A stretch of 62,332 nt of DNA, the filler included. It is 9 parts of 9 records of this genome, joined end to end, with 100 filler letters (N's around TTAATTAATTAA, not from the genome) between each part and the next. Parts side by side here need not be neighbours in the genome. Positions count along the whole stretch, not along the records: positions 1 to 5,101 come from SRR31156797_101881; positions 5,202 to 13,024 come from SRR31156797_102714; 7 more parts are not named here. One strand, given 5' to 3'. This document shows, piece by piece, positions 1 through 8,405 of this stretch (within the stretch, counting starts at the first letter, position 1; every line of letters starts with the position of its first letter). The notes under the pieces are model-generated. The model was not told where the DNA came from, ran no database searches, and saw only the letters and a program-made list of their open reading frames with translations. A program made the position numbers and the translations under genes.

Positions 1-796
1 CCAATACATATATTGCTTGCATGGTCGGCCAGATGTCCAAGACATCCATAAAAAACCTGATGTGGAAGCTCGAAGGCAGTATCCTTCCAACGATTGGCGA
101 GGGGGTTTCAAGAGCCGTCTGGGTCTCGGCGACTTGCACAGGGGTAGCGGCTGCCTGCAATGCAATGTGATACAACGACATAGGCACCATGACCAAAAAT
201 GCGGAAGCCTCTTCGTTCATGGGTTCACCCTGGTCATCGAGAAAACCTGCGATGTTGGTAATACCTTGTGCAATGGCCAGTTGCATCTCAGCCACGGCCG
301 GGGAGGAGGTTGACCCATGGGTAGCCAACGCCAACGCGGAAATGTCCACGCCAATGTCGTTGCTTTGCGTTCCGCTGTCACCTTCGGAATGATCGGTGTC
401 AAAAAAATATTGTCCGTCATAACAAGCGGTGGACTCGCCGTTAACGATTAGGGATGATAACAACTTCGCCCAATGCGCCTGACCTCGGAGCACCATCTCC
501 TGGATACGGGTCTCAATCATGTTGAATTTGTCTCGCCTCATCCAACGGACAGGAAATTCAAGCGTTGCCTCATGCTTTTTGTTTTTGATGGTGAAATCGT
601 ATTCCGGCAGCCCTTTTGCTTTTCTTTGTCCGATCCACTCTTGCATTGCCGGCGGTGCACCAAGCCATGCATATTCTTCGCTTGCCTGGTCGGACACAAA
701 AAAGTTTGCGATTCCATTGACCCAGCCAAGACCAATGTCCTGGGAAAGCATGCGTTTGATATACCCGATTACTGCTCTACTGGTGATTTTTTCCAT
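1..796 (-). CDS. Mu gpT-like major capsid protein, runs off window start; last ~35 codons may be non-capsid sequence
   Basis: Absent from ORF track (no stop before edge). Hand translation from ATG 796 with upstream AAGGAGG: MEKITSRAVIG...SDQASEEYAWLGAPPAMQEWIGQRKAKGL...KNKKHEATLE...CYDGQYFFDTDH, matching Mu-like head subunit motifs. Confidence 0.85.
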   Translation of the reverse strand, partial: MEKITSRAVIGYIKRMLSQDIGLGWVNGIANFFVSDQASEEYAWLGAPPAMQEWIGQRKAKGLPEYDFTIKNKKHEATLEFPVRWMRRDKFNMIETRIQEMVLRGQAHWAKLLSSLIVNGESTACYDGQYFFDTDHSEGDSGTQSNDIGVDISALALATHGSTSSPAVAEMQLAIAQGITNIAGFLDDQGEPMNEEASAFLVMVPMSLYHIALQAAATPVQVAETQTALETPSPIVGRILPSSFHIRFFMDVLDIWPTMQAIYVL

Positions 797-833
797 ACCT
801 CAGGCCTCCTTGTGCCTGTTTCAGTGCCTGTTT

Positions 834-1259
834 TTATGCTTGTAACGCCGCCTGAACGAGGGCCGCGTCAAACTCGACAATCGCGTAGCCTGTTGAAATC
901 CATTGAGCCACGTAACCAATCAATGAATTGCTCGTTGATGTGAGGGTAAACGTATTGTCGTCGGAGGCATAAACCGCCGGACGATCATTTTCGGTAATTG
1001 CAAGGCTGTCGATGGGCAACTTGACATATCCCTTGCTTTTCACGCGAACATTGACATCACCGGCAGATCCACTTGAGTTGTCCGCCTTTTCCTCGGCAAA
1101 ACCAAGAAAAACGTCCCCTGCAACCAAAGGCCTGGCATAGCCGGACGCATTCTCTCCGACGGCAGCACCCTGGTAAATAATGTCGGACGCAATGACCGGA
1201 TATGCCAGCATGTCTCCGATACCGTAATCTCTTACCTCGTTGTCTGACAAAGTCGTCAT
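834..1259 (-). CDS. Capsid cement/head decoration-like protein
   Basis: 141 aa, IIYQGAAVG...FLGFAEEKADNS...VYASDDNTFT; lies directly upstream of the capsid gene. Confidence 0.7.
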   Translation of the reverse strand: MTTLSDNEVRDYGIGDMLAYPVIASDIIYQGAAVGENASGYARPLVAGDVFLGFAEEKADNSSGSAGDVNVRVKSKGYVKLPIDSLAITENDRPAVYASDDNTFTLTSTSNSLIGYVAQWISTGYAIVEFDAALVQAALQA

Positions 1260-1291
1260 CTGCTTTTCTCCTTTTCCATCATAGCGAAGGC

Positions 1292-1582
1292 TTATTCTTT
1301 TTTACTTCTGATTTTAAATTGCGGATCATTCTTGATGTATGCCCAATAGTTTTCGAATTCCAGAAACTCGTCTTGCAGATCCTGGCTTTTCTCGAACCTG
1401 GCCTTTGCCTTTTCTTCGGTCAACTGACCGCTGTCGGAACCAGAGGGTCCGTTGTTGTTCAACGGCTCATCGACCGGTGCCGGAGCATCGTCCGACAATG
1501 CCTCCCTTGCATCGTTTTGCGCTTTCAGGTTTGCGGCGTTGATCGCAATTGCGACATCACCGGATAAAGTTATATTTTTCAT
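1292..1582 (-). pseudogene. Internally deleted head maturation protease/scaffold (N-terminal ~10 aa fused in frame to scaffold C-terminus)
   Basis: Only 96 aa between portal and cement gene; C-terminus DDAPAPV...QDEFLEFENYWAY is scaffold-like; no protease core present. Confidence 0.6.
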
Positions 1583-2097
1583 TCCTTAATCTCCTGAAGA
1601 TCCTCTAGGTGCTCTTCCGTTGTGATCAAGCCGTCCTTACGTCGCCGCTTGATTTCCTTCACCCTCTGACGGTGATTTCGGTCCCACTCGCCGCCGCGTT
1701 CACGGGTGTTTTGTTCGGAAGTTTTCCAACCCCGGTCCTCTGCATATCCGTCAGCCTTGTTTTGTACGTCTTCACGGATATGCCCTCTTGGCTGCCCGAC
1801 CCAGTCGCCGGCGCAGTAGGCCGTCCGGATAGATGGATCGACAAAGAAGCCTGGAGCGGGTAAGATTCCGTTTGCGACGTCTTCGGCTATCAACAGCTCA
1901 TAAGCCGGCTGGCAAATGTTATCGACAAGCGCTGACCGCCGGGCCATAAAATATCGCCACGCTTCCAACAATGCGCCCTGGGCCGCTGTATACGACGATT
2001 GAAAATACTTCGTCATCACCTCGTGGGGGATGTTCAGCGCCATGCCGACTTGGGTATAAAAAGCGTCTGCGAAACCTGCATATTTATCGTTCCACAT
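1579..2097 (-). pseudogene. Lambda-family portal protein, C-terminal third only
   Basis: QVGMALNIPHEVMTKYFQSSYTAAQGALLEAWRYF...CQPAYE...W; about 170 aa versus roughly 500 expected; begins directly at the gpW end. Confidence 0.8.
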
Positions 2098-2299
2098 ATC
2101 GAACGCGAGATCCCGTGCGGCCGGCAAGCTCGCGCCTAGCTTTTGGCATGAGCCTTTCTTCTCTGTCGTATAAAGTGCCAAGGTCTGCCTTTGAATAGCT
2201 CTGACCGTCTGGCATCGAAAACGATTGTGTTCCGCTCTCAATCGCCTCAATAGCAGCTTGTACTGACTCGAGTTGTTCGACGTAGGTTTTAATAGCCAC
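2084..2299 (-). CDS. gpW-like head-tail joining protein
   Basis: 71 aa, EQLESVQAAIEAIESGTQSFS...YSKADLGTLYDRE; position between terminase and portal. Confidence 0.75.
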   Translation of the reverse strand: MAIKTYVEQLESVQAAIEAIESGTQSFSMPDGQSYSKADLGTLYDREERLMPKARRELAGRTGSRVRYVER

Positions 2300-2315
2300 T
2301 CAGCCCCTCCCCCCC

Positions 2316-2365
2316 AAAAAAACAAAAGCCCCTATGTGCGCACCTGTGATGGTGGACATAGGGGC
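2316..2365 (-). terminator. Intrinsic terminator-like hairpin just upstream of gpW
   Basis: 10-bp inverted repeat GCCCCTATGT (2328-2337)/ACATAGGGGC (2356-2365), followed on the minus strand by TTTTGTTTTTT. Confidence 0.55.
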
Positions 2366-2563
2366 CTAATTTCGCTCTCCGGTTTAACTCACGGAGTAAA
2401 ATTTTCCGACCTATGGTAAGAAAACTGTTTGTTATTTATGCAATTAATATGATCCTTGATTTTGTGCAAGCTTTTTCTATTGACAGGTTTTATATAACGC
2501 ATGCCTGCCATTTTTCCATACTTTTATATTGACAATTTTCAACAATTATAGTATGTAAAGTCC

Positions 2564-2845
2564 ATGAATTTCGAATGGGACGAAAACAAGAACCGTATCA
2601 ATATCGAAAAACACGGGCTTTCTTTTTATGATGCCCAGAAAGCCTTTTTGGATCCGAAGAGGATCATATTGGAAGACATGAAACATGGTGGGGATGAGCA
2701 ACGTTTTTTCTGTATCGGAAATGCAGGTGGAGGGATTGCCACGGTTCGCTTCACATATCGTAAAAACAAAATAAGAATTTTTGGCGCTGGTTATTGGAGA
2801 AAGGGGAAAAAATTATATGGACGACAAGGTAAAATACACGGATGA
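2564..2845 (+). CDS. brnT: BrnT family toxin
   Basis: MNFEWDENKNRINIEKHGLSF...EQRFFCIG...RIFGAG. Confidence 0.9.
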   Translation: MNFEWDENKNRINIEKHGLSFYDAQKAFLDPKRIILEDMKHGGDEQRFFCIGNAGGGIATVRFTYRKNKIRIFGAGYWRKGKKLYGRQGKIHG

Positions 2846-3062
2846 ACCGGAAGACGTTGACCTGGATAACGCCAGGATCATAAAAGACTTTTTGCCACCG
2901 CCGGGTGAACTGGTATTAAAGGAAAAAACCATTAAAATCACATTGTCGGTATCAGAAAAGAGTGTCGATTTTTTCAAGCATGAAGCGGGGAAACACGGTG
3001 TAAAATATCAGCAGATGATCAGAAGCCTAATAGATAAGTATGTTGACGCGCATTCGGCATAG
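2817..3062 (+). CDS. BrnA/CopG-like antitoxin
   Basis: Overlaps toxin 3' end; DFLPPPGEL...KITLSVS...VDFFK...YQQMIRSLIDKY ribbon-helix-helix-like C-terminus. Confidence 0.8.
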   Translation: MDDKVKYTDEPEDVDLDNARIIKDFLPPPGELVLKEKTIKITLSVSEKSVDFFKHEAGKHGVKYQQMIRSLIDKYVDAHSA

Positions 3063-3092
3063 GACTACTGAATCATTAGCCTTGGCCGAATG

Positions 3093-3323
3093 TCAGAGTC
3101 CACGACTCCGAACACGCCGTTTTTTGGAAAGCTGCACGGTCTCGGACCGATGAATCTTTACCCCGCCAACTATTCCCCCCTGGTTGAACTGAATCTTGAA
3201 AGACATCTCGCCAGTCCACTTATCTGAGGATACAATTGCAAGCTTTGTTGCGAAACTTTCCACGGCACATCTCTGCGTCTCGTCAAGATTCGACAGCAAT
3301 TTTTCGATGTCATCAAAGCCCAC
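3093..3323 (-). CDS. Small phage hypothetical protein
   Basis: 76 aa, GTG start overlapping the terminase 3' end; WTGEMSFKIQFNQGGI core. Confidence 0.6.
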   Translation of the reverse strand: MGFDDIEKLLSNLDETQRCAVESFATKLAIVSSDKWTGEMSFKIQFNQGGIVGGVKIHRSETVQLSKKRRVRSRGL

Positions 3324-5101
3324 TGTTTCTCACCCTCCGTCCAGGTCGTTGTCTCACAGGATTCACACCATCCGCAATCGCAGTGGCAAGCCGCTCCAAC
3401 CTCAGTTTCAATTTCCCAAATTCGGGCTTTACATATTCGAGGGCACCCAACGCATAAGCCCTGCAGTCAAGGGGTTTGTTGGGACCTTTTTTAACCCATT
3501 GATGGCCGATGACAACGCCTTTTCTCCGTTTGATCTTTTTTTCCTCGTTGGTAAGGTGACGAAAATGGATCTCATCGTAATGATCCGGAAAATGGCACGC
3601 CCCTTCTTCTTTTTGTCTCCCTGCCAGGTTCCCTTGTTGCATAGCATGCCTGTGTTGACACCTTTTGTGGCGTAGATGTTCCGCCGGCGCCTGGGGCCGG
3701 TGAACCGGTATACCTCACTCGCCAGGTATCCGGAATCGATAAACGTACAGGAAATGGGCATGTTCAGTCCATCCTCACGCGTGAATTTCTGCTTTAATTC
3801 CTTGTCCAGATGATCCCATACAGCCGGCTTTTCCGCGTTGCCGTGAATAACGATATACCCCAAAGACCAGGTCTCATTTTCAATCCCATGGCCAACGATT
3901 TCAAGTTCAATCCTCGGATTCGCGCCGCCTTGGACGTCGCCACCTGCAGTAATGACAAGAACTCCTATGGGAATGGTTCCCTCTGCAAGATAATCCTCTC
4001 CACGCTGGCCAAGGTCCGAATGGTTGACCGTTTCTCCTTTTTCCTCGAAGGTTTCTCCCAATAGCGTATTGATAACCGCTTTCAGCGTTGTAATGTTGCC
4101 GCTTTTTGCATCTTTGTTGGCCGCCAGCCACTTTGAAACAAAATAGGACCAAGGCCTTAAATAGCTGTAGGCTGCCCAGATCCGGGCGCCGATACTCCGG
4201 GGCTTTGCAATGGGGTTGCCTTCCGGGTCAATAAAGCGGTCGGTGTCGTCATCATAATAATAGCCGTCCAGGGTTTGCCAGCACCCCGCCCTATCCATTG
4301 CCGGATATTGCCGGTAAAAGATCTCGCATTGGTTGTGCTTGCAGATATACCGGACGGTTTCAGGTTCGCCGTCATCCCAATCAAATTGTGAGAACTCCAA
4401 GCGTTGGCTTTCGCCGCAAAATGGGCAACGGACAAACCGATACAGGATCATATCGGAGTTATCCACGGCCGATTCGATAAGGGACGCGCCCTTGGTCTTT
4501 GGTGTGGATCCACGAATTGACTTAGGGAAAGGGGCCTGGTCAAGGCGGCCGTCGCCAAGCTCAAAGCACGAGCCCTCACCGTCAATGTCCAGGTCAAAGG
4601 CGTCGGTTTCGTCATAAACGGCCACGTCCTTGGTCATGCGCCGGAAGTTCCGGGCCGATTTACCACCCTTGATGTCCAGGGTTGCGCCGTCGAAGACTTT
4701 CTTTTCGACCGTGTTGTATTTGGACTTTGCACCCACTTTGCACTTTAGCCGCCGGCCGAGGACCGGTACATCCCGAAGGATGGTTTCAACTTCGTCGGTG
4801 GTGAAATCTTTGGCATCACCATCTGTCGGCTGCCAGACGGCAACGTTTCGGTTTTTCTGTTCGATCTGGCAGCCGACCGCGGCCAAAAGGCATTTCGTGT
4901 ATCCCACACGCCGCGACTTTTGCCAGTTGAACTCTTCAATGTCATCAGACGTCATCCAATTGAGAGGGCCAATCTGATAGGGGTACGATTTCCACCGCCC
5001 CTCTGTCCCGGATGACTCTGGCGAAAGGTAAAAATACTCATTCGCCCATTGTGCCCCGATCAGGGGAATGCGAACACGAAAGGGTTTAACGCCTATGTGG
5101 A
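3313..5101 (-). pseudogene. Lambda gpA-type terminase large subunit, 5'-truncated by contig end, frameshifted near 3597
   Basis: QKSRRVGYTK Walker A, YDETD, RGSTPK, CPFCG, FIDSGY in ORF 3429..4955 (frame open to 5101); C-terminal CHFP...NKPLDCRAYALGA lies in another frame (3313..3642). Confidence 0.85.
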
Positions 5102-5201
5102 NNNNNNNNNNNNNNNNNNNNNNNNNNNNNNNNNNNNNNNNNNNNTTAATTAATTAANNNNNNNNNNNNNNNNNNNNNNNNNNNNNNNNNNNNNNNNNNN
5201 N
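5102..5201. other. Artificial contig linker (also 13025-13124, 20734-20833, 26226-26325, 31952-32051, 43677-43776, 49756-49855, 56911-57010)
   Basis: N runs flanking TTAATTAATTAA (stops in all six frames); genes are cut at each linker. Confidence 0.99.
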
Positions 5202-5255
5202 TATACGCTGTTACGAAATTATTAACCGTATCGACTCCCAAGGAAAAGAATTACA

Positions 5256-5333
5256 GTGAACACACTCAACGCAGGCAACTTTTACTTTTATTTTAGGTAT
5301 TATTTTAATACCGGTCTGCCTGTGGTGCACTGA
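5256..5333 (+). CDS. Phe/Tyr-rich attenuator leader peptide MNTLNAGNFYFYFRYYFNTGLPVVH
   Basis: GTG start, AAGGA about 11 nt upstream; 4 Phe + 4 Tyr within 9 consecutive codons; lies upstream of the aro/phe/tyr operon. Confidence 0.85.
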   Translation: MNTLNAGNFYFYFRYYFNTGLPVVH

Positions 5334-5403
5334 AAGAGACGATACTAAGCTAAAAAGTGAAAAAGCCGCAGCAGACCAAAGGTCGCTGCGGCTTTTGTGT
5401 TTT
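5270..5403 (+). promoter_or_regulatory. Ribosome-mediated transcription attenuator (protector/antiterminator/terminator)
   Basis: Terminator AAAAGCCGCAGC-A-GACC-AAA-GGTC-GCTGCGGCTTTT-GTGTTTT (5361-5403); 5313-5326 can pair with 5365-5377; 5270-5277 can pair with 5317-5324. Confidence 0.8.
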
Positions 5404-5405
5404 GT

Positions 5406-5446
5406 AAGGGGCTGCGGGGACGTAAAAATCTGCAGCCCTTTTTCCT
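5406..5446 (+). terminator. Second terminator-like hairpin in the aro leader
   Basis: GGGCTGCGG...CTGCAGCCC followed by TTTTTCCTTT, ending just before the AAGGAG RBS (5451-5456). Confidence 0.55.
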
Positions 5447-5462
5447 TTCCAAGGAGAATAAA

Positions 5463-6266
5463 ATGTCAGTCATTGGAAAGAGAATTCGCCTTGAGCGTAT
5501 TATCAACAGAGAGACCGGCAAAACAATTATCGTTCCCATGGATCACGGTACTACCATTGGTCCGGTCAAGGGACTCCTTGACATGAAGGACGCAGTGAGG
5601 AAAGTGGCCCTTGGCGGGGCAAACGCCATTGTGGAGCACAAGGGGCTGGTAGGGGAGGGCCTTCGGGGCCAGGGACCGGATATCGGACTCATTGTCCACC
5701 TTTCAGCTTCCACCTCCCTGTCCACCCGGCCCAATGCCAAAACCCTGGTCTGCACCGTTGAAGAGGCGATAAAACTCGGGGCGGACGCCGTCTCCATCCA
5801 CGTGAATCTCGGCAATGGGGATGAGCCACAGATGCTCAACGATTTCGGGAAAATCAGCCGGGTTGCCGGGGAATGGGGCATGCCGCTCCTGGTGATGATT
5901 TACGTAAGGGGGGAAAAGGTGCCCAATGAGTATGACACCGACGCCATCAAGCATGCCGCCAGGGTTGGCGGCGAAATGGGGGCCGATATTGTCAAGGTCG
6001 CCTACCCCGGTACCCCTGAGGGTTTCCGGGAAGTGGTTGAGGGATGTCCCGTACCCGTGGTTATCGCAGGCGGCGCAAAGATGGATTCGGACAGGGAGAT
6101 TCTCACCATGGTCAGGGAGAGCATCGATGCCGGTGGCGCGGGCATTTCCATTGGGCGAAATGTGTTCCAGCATGATAATCCAAGGAAAATGGTGGAAGCC
6201 ATGGGGGCGATCATCCATGACAACGCATCCATTGACACCGCCCTGAGTATTTTGGGCGATCACTGA
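5463..6266 (+). CDS. 2-amino-3,7-dideoxy-D-threo-hept-6-ulosonate (ADH) synthase, class I aldolase family (aroA')
   Basis: [40 protein letters not shown]; adjacent to DHQ synthase II; RBS AAGGAG. Confidence 0.85.
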   Translation: MSVIGKRIRLERIINRETGKTIIVPMDHGTTIGPVKGLLDMKDAVRKVALGGANAIVEHKGLVGEGLRGQGPDIGLIVHLSASTSLSTRPNAKTLVCTVEEAIKLGADAVSIHVNLGNGDEPQMLNDFGKISRVAGEWGMPLLVMIYVRGEKVPNEYDTDAIKHAARVGGEMGADIVKVAYPGTPEGFREVVEGCPVPVVIAGGAKMDSDREILTMVRESIDAGGAGISIGRNVFQHDNPRKMVEAMGAIIHDNASIDTALSILGDH

Positions 6267-6294
6267 TCGCCGATGGCTGAATTAGGAGACTGAT

Positions 6295-7287
6295 ATGCGA
6301 AAAATATGGATACGGATTGAGCCTTGGGACAAGGAAATGGTGACCACGGCCCTTGAGTGCGGCGCCTTTGGCGTAATGGTGCCGGAAGGCCATGGGGCTG
6401 AGGTGAGACAGCTTGGTAAAATCGTCATCATGGCCCCTGACGGGGATCTTGTACCGGGGACCGATGTCACGGAGATCCGGATAGAGAGCCAGGAGGACGA
6501 GGAGGCGGTGCTTGCGGCAGCCCACACCGGCACGGTGATCCTGGATACAAGCGACTGGAAGATCATTCCCCTGGAGAACCTCATTGCCAGGGGCGCAAGC
6601 GTGATCTTCAAGGTGGAAACATCCGCCGAGGCAAAGACGGCGTTTCAGATCCTGGAACAGGGGGTTGACCAGATCGTTTTTCAACCGAAAACCCCTGTTG
6701 AGTTGAAGAATTTTTTCTCCGACCTGTCCCTTGAAGGGGAAAGCACTCTTCTGGAAACGGCCGAGATCGTCAGCATCACCCAAGCCGGAATGGGGGACAG
6801 GGTCTGCATCGATACCTGCACCATGATGACCCCCGGACAGGGCATCCTTGCCGGAAACAGCAGCAAGGCGTTGTTCCTGGTCCACAGCGAGAGCCTGGAA
6901 AATCCCTATGTGGCCACCCGGCCGTTCCGGGTGAATGCCGGGCCGGTTCACGCCTATACCCGGGTGCCAGGGGGCAGGACCCGCTACCTGTCCGAACTCG
7001 AAGCCGGGGATCCCATTCTGATCACCGATGCAAACGGCCGGTCCTTTGAAGCGGTCACCGGGCGTCTCAAGATAGAGAAACGTCCCCTGATGCTGGTCAA
7101 GGCACGGGCCCAGGAACAGGAGATTTCCCTCCTGGTGCAGAATGCCGAGACCATCCGCCTGACAACGCCAAAGGGAGAAGCCATTTCCGTGGTGGACCTC
7201 AAGCCGGGGGATACCGTGCTGGTCGCCCTTGAAACCAATGCACGCCATTTCGGCCATAGTATAGAGGAGAGCATTTTAGAACAATGA
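6295..7287 (+). CDS. 3-dehydroquinate synthase II (aroB')
   Basis: DWKIIPLENLIA, GDRVCIDTC, RPFRVNAGPVHAY, QNAETIRL, RHFG. Confidence 0.92.
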   Translation: MRKIWIRIEPWDKEMVTTALECGAFGVMVPEGHGAEVRQLGKIVIMAPDGDLVPGTDVTEIRIESQEDEEAVLAAAHTGTVILDTSDWKIIPLENLIARGASVIFKVETSAEAKTAFQILEQGVDQIVFQPKTPVELKNFFSDLSLEGESTLLETAEIVSITQAGMGDRVCIDTCTMMTPGQGILAGNSSKALFLVHSESLENPYVATRPFRVNAGPVHAYTRVPGGRTRYLSELEAGDPILITDANGRSFEAVTGRLKIEKRPLMLVKARAQEQEISLLVQNAETIRLTTPKGEAISVVDLKPGDTVLVALETNARHFGHSIEESILEQ

Positions 7288-8387
7288 CGAACATGAAAGA
7301 CAACCAACAGCCGGAACAACGGCTTGCCGGGTTCAGGGCCGAGATCGACGACATCGACCGGGAAATCGTCACCCTCATCAACAAGCGGCTCCTCGTGGGC
7401 AAGAAGATCGGAGAGATCAAGGATGAGATCGGGTCGGAAGTCCTTGATCAGCAACGGGAAAACAAGGTCCTGGAACGGCTCGCCCGGATAAACCAGGGGC
7501 CTGTCGAGGATGATGTGCTTCGCTACATCTACAGCGTCATCATGACGGCATCCAGGCAGATCCAGCGCGCTAACCGGATCTCCTATCTCGGACCCGAAGC
7601 CAGCTACAGTCATATTGCCTCCCTGAATCACTTCAGGCATTCGGGACAATTCGTAAACGAGGTAAGCCTCAGGGAAGTGTTTCAACAGGTGGAGAAAAAA
7701 GAGAGCAATTACGGGGTGGTTCCCATTGAAAATTCCATCGAGGGTGCAGTGACCCACACCCTGGACCTTTTCTATGAATTCGACCTCACCATCGTCGCCG
7801 AGCACTACGAACATATTTCCCACGACCTGCTTTCGGCCTCCGGGGACATCGATGCCATCAAAACGGTTTATTCCCACCCCCAGGCCCTTGCCCAGTGCAG
7901 GAACTGGCTTCGGAAAAAACTTCCCGGGGCGGAGATCGTGGAGACCACCTCCACCTCCCAGGCCGCCCGGATCGCAGCCGGTGAAAACCATGCCGGGGCC
8001 ATCGCAAGTTCCAGGGCCGCCCACATCTACAATCTCCAGGTGGTGGAGTCCAAGATCGAAGATCTCTCGGGGAACATCACCCGGTTCCTGGTGATCGGCA
8101 GGGACAAGGTCGAAAAAACAGGCAAGGACAAGACTTCTGTCATGTTCGCCACCTCCCATGTGCCGGGCGCTTTGTTCAAGGTGCTGGAGCCGGTGAACCG
8201 GGCGGGTCTCAACCTTGTCAAGCTGGAATCCAGGCCCACCCGCCACCAGAACTGGAGCTACTATTTCTTCATGGACATCGAAGGCCACATCGAGGACAAA
8301 ATCGTACATGACACCATCGAGGAAATGAAGGCCAACAGCCTTTACCTCAAGCTCCTGGGATCTTATCCCGTGTTCAGTGAACTCTAA
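7284..8387 (+). CDS. pheA: Chorismate mutase/prephenate dehydratase (P-protein)
   Basis: RAEIDDID CM domain; YLGPEASYS, VPIENSIEG, YSHPQAL, TRFLVIG, LESRP. Confidence 0.93.
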   Translation: MTNMKDNQQPEQRLAGFRAEIDDIDREIVTLINKRLLVGKKIGEIKDEIGSEVLDQQRENKVLERLARINQGPVEDDVLRYIYSVIMTASRQIQRANRISYLGPEASYSHIASLNHFRHSGQFVNEVSLREVFQQVEKKESNYGVVPIENSIEGAVTHTLDLFYEFDLTIVAEHYEHISHDLLSASGDIDAIKTVYSHPQALAQCRNWLRKKLPGAEIVETTSTSQAARIAAGENHAGAIASSRAAHIYNLQVVESKIEDLSGNITRFLVIGRDKVEKTGKDKTSVMFATSHVPGALFKVLEPVNRAGLNLVKLESRPTRHQNWSYYFFMDIEGHIEDKIVHDTIEEMKANSLYLKLLGSYPVFSEL

Positions 8388-8405
8388 CCAAGGTTGTGAA
8401 GGTCA

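Noticed and set aside
2098-2325. N-terminal part of the 248-aa ORF as portal sequence
   Set aside because: It is an alternate frame of gpW; portal similarity starts only near 2091.
3585-3620. Programmed frameshift in terminase
   Set aside because: A conserved segment appears to be missing rather than shifted, and NE(A/P)LDC reads NKPLDC; deletion and decay fit better.
5102-5201. Recurrent TTAATTAATTAA within N runs, and cross-linker gene neighbourhoods
   Set aside because: Artificial joins; genes on either side come from different contigs, so no system can be inferred across them.
5202-5222. Possible IS terminal repeat at contig start
   Set aside because: No partner repeat or transposase visible.
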